From an uncultured Verrucomicrobia subdivision 3 bacterium (GTDB lineage: Bacteria; Verrucomicrobiota; Verrucomicrobiia; Limisphaerales; UBA11358), in assembly GCA_903835255.1 (NCBI GenBank), contig CAILMI010000056.1, forward strand, positions 1,298 to 65,297: a stretch of 64,000 nucleotides of DNA, in the 5' to 3' direction. Of the stretch, positions 25,683 to 34,205 are shown piece after piece. Under the pieces are notes generated by a model. It made no database searches. It was not told the DNA's origin and was given only the letters and a program-made list of their open reading frames with translations. The stretch's first letter is position 1; the number at the start of each line of letters is the position of its first letter. Both the position numbers and the translations under genes were made by a program.

Positions 25683-26794
25683 ACTTATTCCCATTTCAAC
25701 CCCTCTCCGAATACCGCGTGCATGAGCAGGCGATTCTCGCGGCCATCCAGCGTGTCGGCGAGAGTGGCCATTACATCCTCGGCCCCGAAGTGGCGGCGTT
25801 TGAACGGGAATTCGCGGAGGAGCTCGGCGCTGCCCAGGCCGTCGGAGTTGCCAACGGGACGGATGCCCTGGTGCTCGCCTTGCGGGCCCTGGGAATCGGC
25901 GCCGGCGATACCGTCGTCACCGTGGCGCATACGGCGGTCGCTACGGTGGCAGCCATCGAACTGGCGGGTGCGACGCCGCTGCTCGTGGACATTGATCCAG
26001 GAACATTCACCCTGGACGCGAATCGCTTCGCCGACACGTTAAAGCGCCCGGGCGCGCGCCGGATTAAAGCCGTCATTCCAGTTCATCTCTACGGCCAGCC
26101 GGCGGACATCGTGTCGATCCTGGAAATCGCCCGGCAAAACGGACTATATGTCATCGAGGATTGCGCCCAGGCCCAGGGCGCCACGGCGGGCGGGCGCTGT
26201 GTGGGGACGTTTGGCGACGCGGCGGCATTTAGTTTTTATCCCACAAAAAATCTGGGGGCGATGGGGGATGGCGGCGCGGTGACCACACAGGATCCGCAGG
26301 TGGCGGAGCGGGTTCGGGTATTGCGGCAGTATGGCTGGCGCGAGCGTTACATCAGCGATCAACCGGGAATGAACAGTCGGTTGGACGAAATGCAGGCGGC
26401 TATTCTCCGAGTGAAGCTGCCGTTTTTAAAGCGGGACAACGCGCGGCGCCGGGTGCTGGCGGCAATTTACACGGCGAGTCTCAAGGATTCTGGGGTCACG
26501 CCGCCGCCGGTGGGCCCCGGGATGGGCCACGTTTTCCATCAATATGTGGTGCGGTCAGCGAGCAGGGATGCGCTGGCATCCTTTCTAAAAGCGCGCGGGG
26601 TGCCCACGACCATCCACTACCCGCAGCCGGTTCACCGGCAGCCGGCCTATCAGGGGCGCGTGGAAATGGGCGGAAGCGATCTGCAAGAAAGCGAACGGGC
26701 GAGCCGCGAGGTTTTGAGTTTGCCCATGCACGCGTACCTGACCGACGAGGCCGTGCAGACGGCGGCACAGCAGGTGGCGAATTTCGAGGGTTAA
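25679..26794 (+). CDS. DegT/DnrJ/EryC1/StrS-family sugar aminotransferase (PLP)
   Basis: ILGPEVAAFEREFAEELGAAQAVGVANGTDALVLAL and AAFSFYPTKNLGAMGDGGAV (PLP Lys). The start overlaps the upstream stop (ATGA). Confidence 0.85.
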   Translation: MNLFPFQPLSEYRVHEQAILAAIQRVGESGHYILGPEVAAFEREFAEELGAAQAVGVANGTDALVLALRALGIGAGDTVVTVAHTAVATVAAIELAGATPLLVDIDPGTFTLDANRFADTLKRPGARRIKAVIPVHLYGQPADIVSILEIARQNGLYVIEDCAQAQGATAGGRCVGTFGDAAAFSFYPTKNLGAMGDGGAVTTQDPQVAERVRVLRQYGWRERYISDQPGMNSRLDEMQAAILRVKLPFLKRDNARRRVLAAIYTASLKDSGVTPPPVGPGMGHVFHQYVVRSASRDALASFLKARGVPTTIHYPQPVHRQPAYQGRVEMGGSDLQESERASREVLSLPMHAYLTDEAVQTAAQQVANFEG

Positions 26795-26846
26795 AATCCG
26801 TCGAGGCCACGGGGAATGACCCGGGCTCTGGGCTGAATTAACTTGA

Positions 26847-29198
26847 ATGCAGAAAGGGGCTCACCAGAATCATTTGATGTTCATATTGCACCGCTCTTTT
26901 TTCACCGTCCTCGCGGTGCTTGTCACACTTCAATCCAGCCCCGCAGCCGACTCCACCTCGCCGCTCACGCTCTGGTACCGCACGCCGGCAACGAACTGGA
27001 CCAGCGCCCTCCCCATTGGCAACGGACGGCTCGGCGCGATGATCTTCGGCGGCGCGGCGCGGGAACATCTGCAGCTCAACGAAGACACCCTCTGGGCCGG
27101 CGGGCCCTACAATCCCGACAACACCAACGCCCTCGCCGCGCTGCCAGAAGTCCGCCAGCTGATATTCGCAGGCCAATTCGACGCGGCCGCCAGCCTCGTC
27201 ACCAGCAACATGATGGCCAAACCGCTCCGCCAGATGCCGTACCAAACCGTCGGCGACCTGTTCCTGGATTTCCCCACGAATGCGACGGTTGAAGAGTATC
27301 GGCGCGACCTGGATCTGGACACCGCGGTCGCCTCCGTCCGCTACACGGCCAACGGAGTTCACTTCCAACGCGAAATCTTTTCCAGCCCCGTGGATCAGAT
27401 CATCGTCGTGCGCCTCACCGCCGACCAGCCCGGTCAAATATCCTTCACCGCCGGCATGAACACGCCCCAGGCGGCGACGCTGACGACCGAAGGCGCGAAC
27501 ACGCTCGTGATGAGCGGCGTCAACGGCAACGCACAGGGCATCCGGGGCGCTCTGAAATTTCAGGCGCGCGTGCGCATCCTGCCCCGGGGCGGGAAACTCT
27601 CCTGGGGCATGAGCAGCCTGACACTCACCGGCGCAGACTCCGCCACCCTGCTCATCGCCGCCGCCACCAGTTATAAAAATTACGAGGATGTCAGCGGCGA
27701 TCCCGAGGCCGTCACCCAAAAACAGATTGCCGCCGCCGGGGGGAAATCCTTCGCCCGCCTGCTCAAGGCGCACGTGGCCGAACACCAGAAATGGTTCCGC
27801 CGCGTCGAACTCAACCTGGGCGAGACGGACGCCATGAAGCTGCCGACCGACGAGCGCATCGCGCATTTCGCCGAGGGCCACGATCCGCAGCTCGCCGCGC
27901 TGTATTTCCAATTCGCGCGCTACCTGCTCATCGCCAGCTCGCGTCCTGGCAGCCAGCCCGCGAATCTTCAGGGCATCTGGAACGATTCCATGAACCCGCC
28001 GTGGGGCAGCAAATACACCATCAACATCAACACGGAGATGAATTACTGGCCCGCGGAGGTTGCGAACCTTTCCGAATGCGTCGCGCCGCTGACTGCGATG
28101 GTCATGGACCTGACGAAGACTGGCGCCCGCACGGCCAAGGTGTATTACAACGCCGGCGGCTGGGTGGCTCACCACAACACCGACCTGTGGCGCGCGACCG
28201 CGCCGATTGACGGGCCGAATTCCGGCCTGTGGCCGCTGGGCGGCGCATGGCTCTGCCAGAATCTGTGGGAACATTACCTCTTTACTGGAGACAAAAAATA
28301 TCTGGCGCAAATCTATCCGGCCATGAAAGGCGCGGCGCAGTTCTTCCTCGACACCCTCATCGAGGAACCCACCCATCATTGGCTCGTCACCTGCCCTTCG
28401 CTCTCGCCGGAAAACAAAAACCCCGCCGCCACCAAAACCAGCCTGTGCGCGGGGCCGACCATGGACCAGCAGATTCTGCGCGACCTGTTTTCCAACTGCA
28501 TCAATGCCTCGGAGATTCTTGGCATGGACAAAAAATTCCGCGACAAAGTGGATGCCGCCCGCGCCCGGCTCGCGCCGATGCAAATCGGCGCAGCCGGCCA
28601 GCTTCAAGAATGGCTGCAGGACATCGACCTGCAAGCAAAAGACCTGCATCACCGCCACGTCTCGCATCTCTACGGCCTGTATCCCAGCGACCAGATTGAT
28701 TTTCGCGGCACGCCGGAACTCGCCGCCGCTGTGAAGAAATCCCTGGAGATTCGCGGCGATCAGGCCACCGGCTGGGCGACCGCCTGGCGCATCAACCTCT
28801 GGGCGCGGCTCCACGACGGCGACCACGCGTTCCGCATTTTAGAATTTCTGTTGAGCCCGGCGCTCACTTATCCCGACATGTTCGACGCGCATCCGCCGTT
28901 CCAGATTGACGGCAACTTTGGCGGCGCGTCCGGCATCGCGGAAATGATTCTGCAATCGCAGGCGGGCGTAATCGAGCTGCTGCCCGCGCTGCCGAAGGCG
29001 TGGCCGACCGGCAGCGTGAAAGGATTACGCGCACGCGGCAATTTCACCGTGGACATCGCCTGGCAGGACGGAAAATTAGTTTCCGCCACGATTCATTCGT
29101 CTGCTAAAAATTTCTGCAAGGTGCGTTACGGCGACAAGGTAGTGGATCTGAAAATCAAAGCCGGCGGCAGGATCCGGTTGAACGAAAACTTTGAATGA
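26847..29198 (+). CDS. Glycoside hydrolase family 95 (alpha-L-fucosidase-like), paralogue 1
   Basis: A signal peptide is present, with LWYRTPATNWTSALPIGNGRLGAMIFGG..LQLNEDTLWAGGP, NINTEMNYWPAE, HRHVSHLYGLYPS and PFQIDGNFGG. The alternative start is 26877. Confidence 0.85.
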   Translation: MQKGAHQNHLMFILHRSFFTVLAVLVTLQSSPAADSTSPLTLWYRTPATNWTSALPIGNGRLGAMIFGGAAREHLQLNEDTLWAGGPYNPDNTNALAALPEVRQLIFAGQFDAAASLVTSNMMAKPLRQMPYQTVGDLFLDFPTNATVEEYRRDLDLDTAVASVRYTANGVHFQREIFSSPVDQIIVVRLTADQPGQISFTAGMNTPQAATLTTEGANTLVMSGVNGNAQGIRGALKFQARVRILPRGGKLSWGMSSLTLTGADSATLLIAAATSYKNYEDVSGDPEAVTQKQIAAAGGKSFARLLKAHVAEHQKWFRRVELNLGETDAMKLPTDERIAHFAEGHDPQLAALYFQFARYLLIASSRPGSQPANLQGIWNDSMNPPWGSKYTININTEMNYWPAEVANLSECVAPLTAMVMDLTKTGARTAKVYYNAGGWVAHHNTDLWRATAPIDGPNSGLWPLGGAWLCQNLWEHYLFTGDKKYLAQIYPAMKGAAQFFLDTLIEEPTHHWLVTCPSLSPENKNPAATKTSLCAGPTMDQQILRDLFSNCINASEILGMDKKFRDKVDAARARLAPMQIGAAGQLQEWLQDIDLQAKDLHHRHVSHLYGLYPSDQIDFRGTPELAAAVKKSLEIRGDQATGWATAWRINLWARLHDGDHAFRILEFLLSPALTYPDMFDAHPPFQIDGNFGGASGIAEMILQSQAGVIELLPALPKAWPTGSVKGLRARGNFTVDIAWQDGKLVSATIHSSAKNFCKVRYGDKVVDLKIKAGGRIRLNENFE

Positions 29199-31495
29199 TT
29201 TCGCCCATGAAAAAAATTATACTCGGCGTATGGATCGGCCTGAACACCGCCGCAGCAGCCTTCGCCAGTGACCTGGTGCTCTGGTACGACCAGCCCGTCG
29301 GCGCCGCTGTAAGCTCCCTTTTAACGACAAATCCGGGCCAGCCCGCCCTGGGCTTGGGCGGCGGCAAGCCGTCCTCGTTCATCAGCGAGGCGCTGCCCAT
29401 TGGCAACGGTCGGCTGGGGGGACTGATTGCCGGCGGCACCGCGCACGAGCGCATTGTGCTCAACGAAGACAGCCTGTGGACCGGCGATGAAAATCCGGGG
29501 GGCGATTACGAGACAATGGGCGCCTACCAGATGCTCGGCGAACTCTTCGTCCATCTGCCCGGCCACGAAATCGTCACGGACTATCGGCGCGATCTGGACA
29601 TTGGCGACGCGCTCGCCCATGTCCGCTATTCAGCAAACGGGGTGAACTATTCCCGGGAATATTTTTGCAGCCACGCGGACGGCGTGCTGGTGGTGCGCCT
29701 CACCGCGGACCAGCCCGGATCCTATTCTGGAAGTCTGGAGATGAAGGATTCACACGGCGCGCCCACCGTAGCGGCCAAGAACCGGCTCAGCGCGGCAGGG
29801 TCCCTGTCCAACGGGCTGAAATATGAGGCGCAACTCATCGCGGTCCATGAAGGGGGATCGCTGGCGATCCACGGTTCCACCCTGGTTTTTTCTAATTGCA
29901 ACCGCCTCACGCTGGTGGTCGCTGCGGGAACAGATTATGCGATGGATCCCGCGAGCCACTTCCGCGGGGCCGACCCGCATTCCCGTGTTTTAAAACAGGC
30001 CGAACGGGCGGCATCAAAAAAATACGATATCCTCAAGGCCGCGCATCAAAAGGACTTCCATGCGCTCTTTGACAGGGTGTCGCTTGATTTGGGAAAATCC
30101 ACCGCCGGCCAGCGTTCCCTGCCCACCGACCAGCGCAAACGGCTCGCTGCCGCTACGGTGGACCCGCAGCTTGAAGAATTGCTGTTTCAATATGGCCGCT
30201 ACCTGCTGATCTCCTGCTCGCGGCCGGGCGGCCTGCCGGCGAATTTGCAGGGGCTTTGGAATGACAGCAATCGCCCGCCCTGGCATTCGGATTACCACGC
30301 CAACATTAACATCCAGATGAATTATTGGCTGGCCGAGCCGGCCAACTTGGCCGAATGCGCAGAGCCGCTGTTTGACCTGGTCGACAGCCAATTGCCGGCC
30401 TGGCGACGGGCCACGGCGGCGGCGAAGGAATTTAGGACCGCCGACGGCAAGCAGTCCCGACGCGGCTTCGCCATCCGCACCTCCCACAACATCACCGGCG
30501 GGATGGGCTGGAAATGGGATAACACCGCCAACGCCTGGTATGGCCAGCATTACTGGGAGCATTACGCTTTTAGCCGCGATGCCCGTTTCCTGGCCCGGAC
30601 CGCCTATCCGTATCTCAAGGAGACCTGCGAGTTCTGGGAGGACCAGCTCAAAACCCTGCCCGACGGTCGGCTGGTGGTGCCCAATGCCTGGTCGCCCGAA
30701 CACGGCCCGACTGAGGACGGCGTGAGTTACAGCCAGGAAATCGTCTGGGACCTCTTCAACAACTATGTCGAGGCGGCCGAGGCGCTCGGCGTGGACCAGT
30801 CCTACCGGGAAAAAATCGCCGCCTGGCGCGACCGGCTCGCCACCCCCGGCATCGGCAGCTGGGGACAATTGCTGGAATGGATGACCGAGAAGCACGACCC
30901 CAAATATCCCGAACTGGACACGCCCAACGACCATCATCGTCATACCTCGCATCTGTTCGCAGTCCACCCCGGAAGACAGATCAGCATGGCGCGGACGCCG
31001 GAGCTGGCGGCGGCGGCCCGGAAGACCATCGCGGCGCGGGGCGACACCGGGGACGGTCGGGAATGGTCCTTCGCGTGGCGCTGCGCGATTTCCGCCCGGC
31101 TGCAGGATGGCGCCGACGCCCACCGCCAGCTGCAGCAATTGTTCTCGGACCGCAACACCTGCCGGAACCTTTTCGGACTGCACCCGCCCATGCAGATTGA
31201 CGGCAACTTTGGCGCCACTGCCGGCATGTGCGAAATGCTGCTCCAATCGCAGGACGGCGAAATCCATCTGCTGCCCGCCCTGCCCGCCGCCTGGCCGGCG
31301 GGCCGCGTGACCGGCCTGCGCGCGCGCGGCAATTTCATCGTGGATCTGGAATGGAACGGGGGAAGACTCGTTTCCGCAGCGATTCAGTCCCCGGAAAAAA
31401 ACGCCTGCCGGGTCCGCTACGGCGACCAGCGCCTCGATCTGAAAATCAAATCCGGCGGCACGGTCCACCTGAACGGAAATCTCCAATCGGATTAA
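29195..31495 (+). CDS. Glycoside hydrolase family 95 (alpha-L-fucosidase-like), paralogue 2
   Basis: ALPIGNGRLGGLIAGG..VLNEDSLWTGDE, NINIQMNYWLAE, HRHTSHLFAVHPG and PMQIDGNFGA. The start overlaps the stop of paralogue 1 (ATGA); the alternative start is MKK at 29207. The stop codon TAA lies inside the repeat element. Confidence 0.85.
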   Translation: MISPMKKIILGVWIGLNTAAAAFASDLVLWYDQPVGAAVSSLLTTNPGQPALGLGGGKPSSFISEALPIGNGRLGGLIAGGTAHERIVLNEDSLWTGDENPGGDYETMGAYQMLGELFVHLPGHEIVTDYRRDLDIGDALAHVRYSANGVNYSREYFCSHADGVLVVRLTADQPGSYSGSLEMKDSHGAPTVAAKNRLSAAGSLSNGLKYEAQLIAVHEGGSLAIHGSTLVFSNCNRLTLVVAAGTDYAMDPASHFRGADPHSRVLKQAERAASKKYDILKAAHQKDFHALFDRVSLDLGKSTAGQRSLPTDQRKRLAAATVDPQLEELLFQYGRYLLISCSRPGGLPANLQGLWNDSNRPPWHSDYHANINIQMNYWLAEPANLAECAEPLFDLVDSQLPAWRRATAAAKEFRTADGKQSRRGFAIRTSHNITGGMGWKWDNTANAWYGQHYWEHYAFSRDARFLARTAYPYLKETCEFWEDQLKTLPDGRLVVPNAWSPEHGPTEDGVSYSQEIVWDLFNNYVEAAEALGVDQSYREKIAAWRDRLATPGIGSWGQLLEWMTEKHDPKYPELDTPNDHHRHTSHLFAVHPGRQISMARTPELAAAARKTIAARGDTGDGREWSFAWRCAISARLQDGADAHRQLQQLFSDRNTCRNLFGLHPPMQIDGNFGATAGMCEMLLQSQDGEIHLLPALPAAWPAGRVTGLRARGNFIVDLEWNGGRLVSAAIQSPEKNACRVRYGDQRLDLKIKSGGTVHLNGNLQSD

Positions 31496-31698
31496 ACCCG
31501 AACTTCGAAATGGGGTAGATGGGGATGGCGCGCGGCGCCGTCTCGGTCGCCGAGCGCAGCGCCAGGCGACGAAGCGCGTGGGGTGGAGCGTGAAACCGTG
31601 CACACTTTGTTCCGCCCGCTCCGCGCGGGCGGGGACAGCACAGCAGCCGCTGTCCCTACCATTTTCCGCAAAGGCTCACTTCGGAATTTGGGTTAAAC
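31492..31698 (+). repeat. MITE/REP-like palindromic intergenic element, copy 2 (~207 bp)
   Basis: It has the same orientation and architecture as 1832..2034. The 5' end TTAAACCCGAAC contains the TAA stop of the GH95 gene, and the 3' end is GGAATTTGGGTTAAAC. Confidence 0.8.
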
Positions 31699-31810
31699 CG
31701 GATCCACCCCTCGCGGCCTGAAGCAAGTCGGGTCACCAGCAGGCCGTTATAAGGGGTGCGAATCGGATGAGAATTGAGCGTGGCGCTTATTTTCAGCCCC
31801 GCTTTCAACG

Positions 31811-31838
31811 TTGACATTTTCCTGCATTGGGCTAGATT
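31811..31838 (+). promoter_or_regulatory. Sigma70-like promoter candidate for rpsT
   Basis: TTGACA (31811-31816), a 16-nt spacer and TAGATT (31833-31838), ending 33 nt upstream of the rpsT ATG. Confidence 0.4.
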
Positions 31839-31871
31839 CGCAGCCCTTTTACGCAAGAAAAAATTTAATTT

Positions 31872-32135
31872 ATGCCGAACACCAAGTCAGCTGAACGCCG
31901 CATGCGCGGCAACGAACGCAAGCATCAACACAACCGCAGCATCAAATCCAACCTGCGCAACGTGGAGAAAGACTACCGCGCCCTTGTCACTGCGGGTAAA
32001 AAAGATGAGGCCGCCAAGGCCCTGCCCCGCCTCCACTCCGTCCTCGACAAGGCGGTCAAGTCCGGCGTGCTGACCCGACCCACCGTGAACCGCAAAAAGT
32101 CGCGGCTGGAACTGGCGCTCAAAGCGGCCAAGTAA
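31872..32135 (+). CDS. rpsT: 30S ribosomal protein S20
   Basis: MPNTKSAERRMRGNERKHQHNRSIKSNLRN...LDKAVKSGVLTRPTVNRKKSRL. Confidence 0.9.
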   Translation: MPNTKSAERRMRGNERKHQHNRSIKSNLRNVEKDYRALVTAGKKDEAAKALPRLHSVLDKAVKSGVLTRPTVNRKKSRLELALKAAK

Positions 32136-32155
32136 TCCCCTCTGTCCTTTCCCCA

Positions 32156-32191
32156 GCGCGAGCGGTTAACCCCGCCCGCGCTTTTCGTTTT
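32156..32191 (+). terminator. Rho-independent terminator of rpsT
   Basis: GCGCGAGCGG-ttaacc-CCGCCCGCGC (one mismatch) followed by TTTTCGTTTT. Confidence 0.6.
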
Positions 32192-32225
32192 GAGGGACCG
32201 TTCCCAATCCGGACTCATTGCGAAC

Positions 32226-32969
32226 TCAGGAGAACAATTCCGACCGACAGACCCCCCATTTTGCCAGCCGGAATCGCAGGCCCACATTCAGGCAGCCGAA
32301 GCCATAGATCACGCTGCGCCGGAAATTGATGGAGGAAGCTTCCTTGAAGTATTTGGTCGGGCAGCTCACCTCGCCAATGGTAAACCCGTGCCAGAGAATC
32401 TGGGCGAGCATCTGGTTGTCGAACACGAAATCGTCCGAATTTTTGGAGAGATCCAGCGCCAGCAGCAGCTCCCGCGAAAACGCCCGGTAGCCGGTATGAT
32501 ATTCGGAAAGCTTCGCGCCCAGCAGCAGGTTCTCCACCGCCGTCAGAAACCGGTTCGCCACATACTTCCAGCCCGGCATGCCGCCCTGCAACGAATAGCC
32601 CCCCAGAATGCGGCTGCCCAGCACGCACGGGTGCAGCTCGTTGGCAATCAGGCAGACCATCGCCGGAATCAGCTTGGGCGTGTATTGGTAATCCGGGTGC
32701 ACCATGATGACGATATCCGCCCCCGACTCCAGTGCGAGCCGGTAGCAGGTCTTTTGATTGCCGCCGTAGCCCCGGTTGTTTTCATGGACATGGACAATCA
32801 CCCCCGGAAGCGCGGAAGCCACCGTGACGGTGTTGTCGCGGCTGCGGTCATCCACTAGGATAATTTCATCCACGATGCTCTGCTGACGCACTTCCGCCAC
32901 GGTTTTAGCTACCGTCTGCTCCGCATTATAGGCGGGCATCACCACTACAATTTTTTTTCCCTGATACAT
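32226..32969 (-). CDS. Family 2 glycosyltransferase (polyprenyl-phosphate sugar synthase-like, soluble)
   Basis: KIVVVMPAYNAEQTV...IILVDDRSRDNT...NRGYGGNQK...MVHPDYQY, comprising the GT2 DxD/ED motifs. Confidence 0.8.
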   Translation of the reverse strand: MYQGKKIVVVMPAYNAEQTVAKTVAEVRQQSIVDEIILVDDRSRDNTVTVASALPGVIVHVHENNRGYGGNQKTCYRLALESGADIVIMVHPDYQYTPKLIPAMVCLIANELHPCVLGSRILGGYSLQGGMPGWKYVANRFLTAVENLLLGAKLSEYHTGYRAFSRELLLALDLSKNSDDFVFDNQMLAQILWHGFTIGEVSCPTKYFKEASSINFRRSVIYGFGCLNVGLRFRLAKWGVCRSELFS

Positions 32970-33058
32970 AATCCAATGTGAAATCCGTTAGGAATCCTGC
33001 CCCAATTCTTAGGGAATGGGAAATGAAAACAGGCTCCGACAGCGGCCGGCGCGGGGGA

Positions 33059-34132
33059 TCACGCCAGAATCCAGCCGGGCTGGATCTCTCCGTCCAACGG
33101 GGCAGGCGGCCCCGGGCGCATCAGTTTGCGCTCCGCCAAAATGCCAATCATCGCGGCGTTGTCGGTGCACAGAGCCCGGTCGGCGAGGTGCAGGGCAAAT
33201 CCCTCGCGCGCGCAGGCGCGGGCCAGCTCACGGCGCAGGGCGCGGTTGCAGGTGACGCCGCCGGAGGCGGTGACGCAGCGGACCCCGTTGCGACGGGCCG
33301 CCCGGATGGTTTTTGTGACGAGCACGTCGACGATGGCCGCCTGCACGCTGGCACACAGGTCGCAGACGTTCCGGGCGTCTTCCAACAGTTCCGGATGGTC
33401 GCGCACGAAATAGCGCACGGCGGTTTTCAAGCCGCTGAAGCTGAAATCATCGCTCGCGTCCTGCAGCAGCGGCCGCGGAAAATCATATGCCGCGGGATTC
33501 CCCTGCTCTGCCAGCCGATCGATGTCCGGCCCGGCTGGATAGGCCAGCCCCATCAGCTTGCCCGTCTTGTCAAAGCATTCGCCCGCCGCATCGTCCAGCG
33601 TGCCGCCCAAGACCCGGTGCTTCAGTTCCGATTCCACGAGCACAATCATCGTGTGGCCGCCGCTGACGATGAGTGAAATATTGGGCTGAAAATCCGCAAA
33701 GTTGGCAAACGCCACGGCGACCGGGCTCGCTTCCGTCCCCTGCCCCGCGCGGGGCGCAGGCGCGGCCGTTTGAATCCAGGGGGAGTAGAGATGCGCCTCG
33801 TGGTGGTGAATGCCCACGAAGGGTTTGCCGAGGGCATAGGCGACGGCCTGACCGGCCTTGAATCCCACCATCAGGGCGTTCGGTAGGCCGGGTCCCTGCG
33901 TGGCGGCCACCGCGTCGAGCTGGCCGGGTTGAACTCCGGCAGCATCCAAGGCGGCCCGGGCCACCGGAATCAGATTGCGCAGATGTTCCCGGGCGGCAAG
34001 TTCCGGCACCACCCCACCGTATTCGGCATGCAACGCCACCTGCGAGGAGACGACATTGGCCAGCACGGCTCCCTCGCGGATGACGGCCACGCTGGTTTCA
34101 TCGCACGACGTTTCAAGGGCGAGCAGAGTCAT
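33059..34132 (-). CDS. tsaD: tRNA N6-adenosine threonylcarbamoyltransferase
   Basis: MTLLALETSCDETSVAVI, HHHEAHLYS and VSGGHT...GGVTCNRALR. Confidence 0.9.
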   Translation of the reverse strand: MTLLALETSCDETSVAVIREGAVLANVVSSQVALHAEYGGVVPELAAREHLRNLIPVARAALDAAGVQPGQLDAVAATQGPGLPNALMVGFKAGQAVAYALGKPFVGIHHHEAHLYSPWIQTAAPAPRAGQGTEASPVAVAFANFADFQPNISLIVSGGHTMIVLVESELKHRVLGGTLDDAAGECFDKTGKLMGLAYPAGPDIDRLAEQGNPAAYDFPRPLLQDASDDFSFSGLKTAVRYFVRDHPELLEDARNVCDLCASVQAAIVDVLVTKTIRAARRNGVRCVTASGGVTCNRALRRELARACAREGFALHLADRALCTDNAAMIGILAERKLMRPGPPAPLDGEIQPGWILA

Positions 34133-34205
34133 GATTCAAACGAGGGATGGAGCCCAAGGGCGGGAGGCAGTCCAGCCGCCTGCGATGGGTGCCCAGTATT
34201 CAGAT

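Noticed and set aside
26838-28826. 662-aa minus-strand ORF opposite GH95 paralogue 1
   Set aside because: This is an antisense shadow ORF. Its composition is dominated by R/G/A/H/V and it carries no motifs. The plus-strand gene carries all the GH95 signature blocks, and high GC suppresses stop codons on the opposite strand.
30014-31603. 529-aa minus-strand ORF opposite GH95 paralogue 2, running into the repeat element
   Set aside because: It has the same antisense-shadow pattern. Its N-terminus is simply the translated repeat element (a similar peptide appears in ORF 1770..2135).
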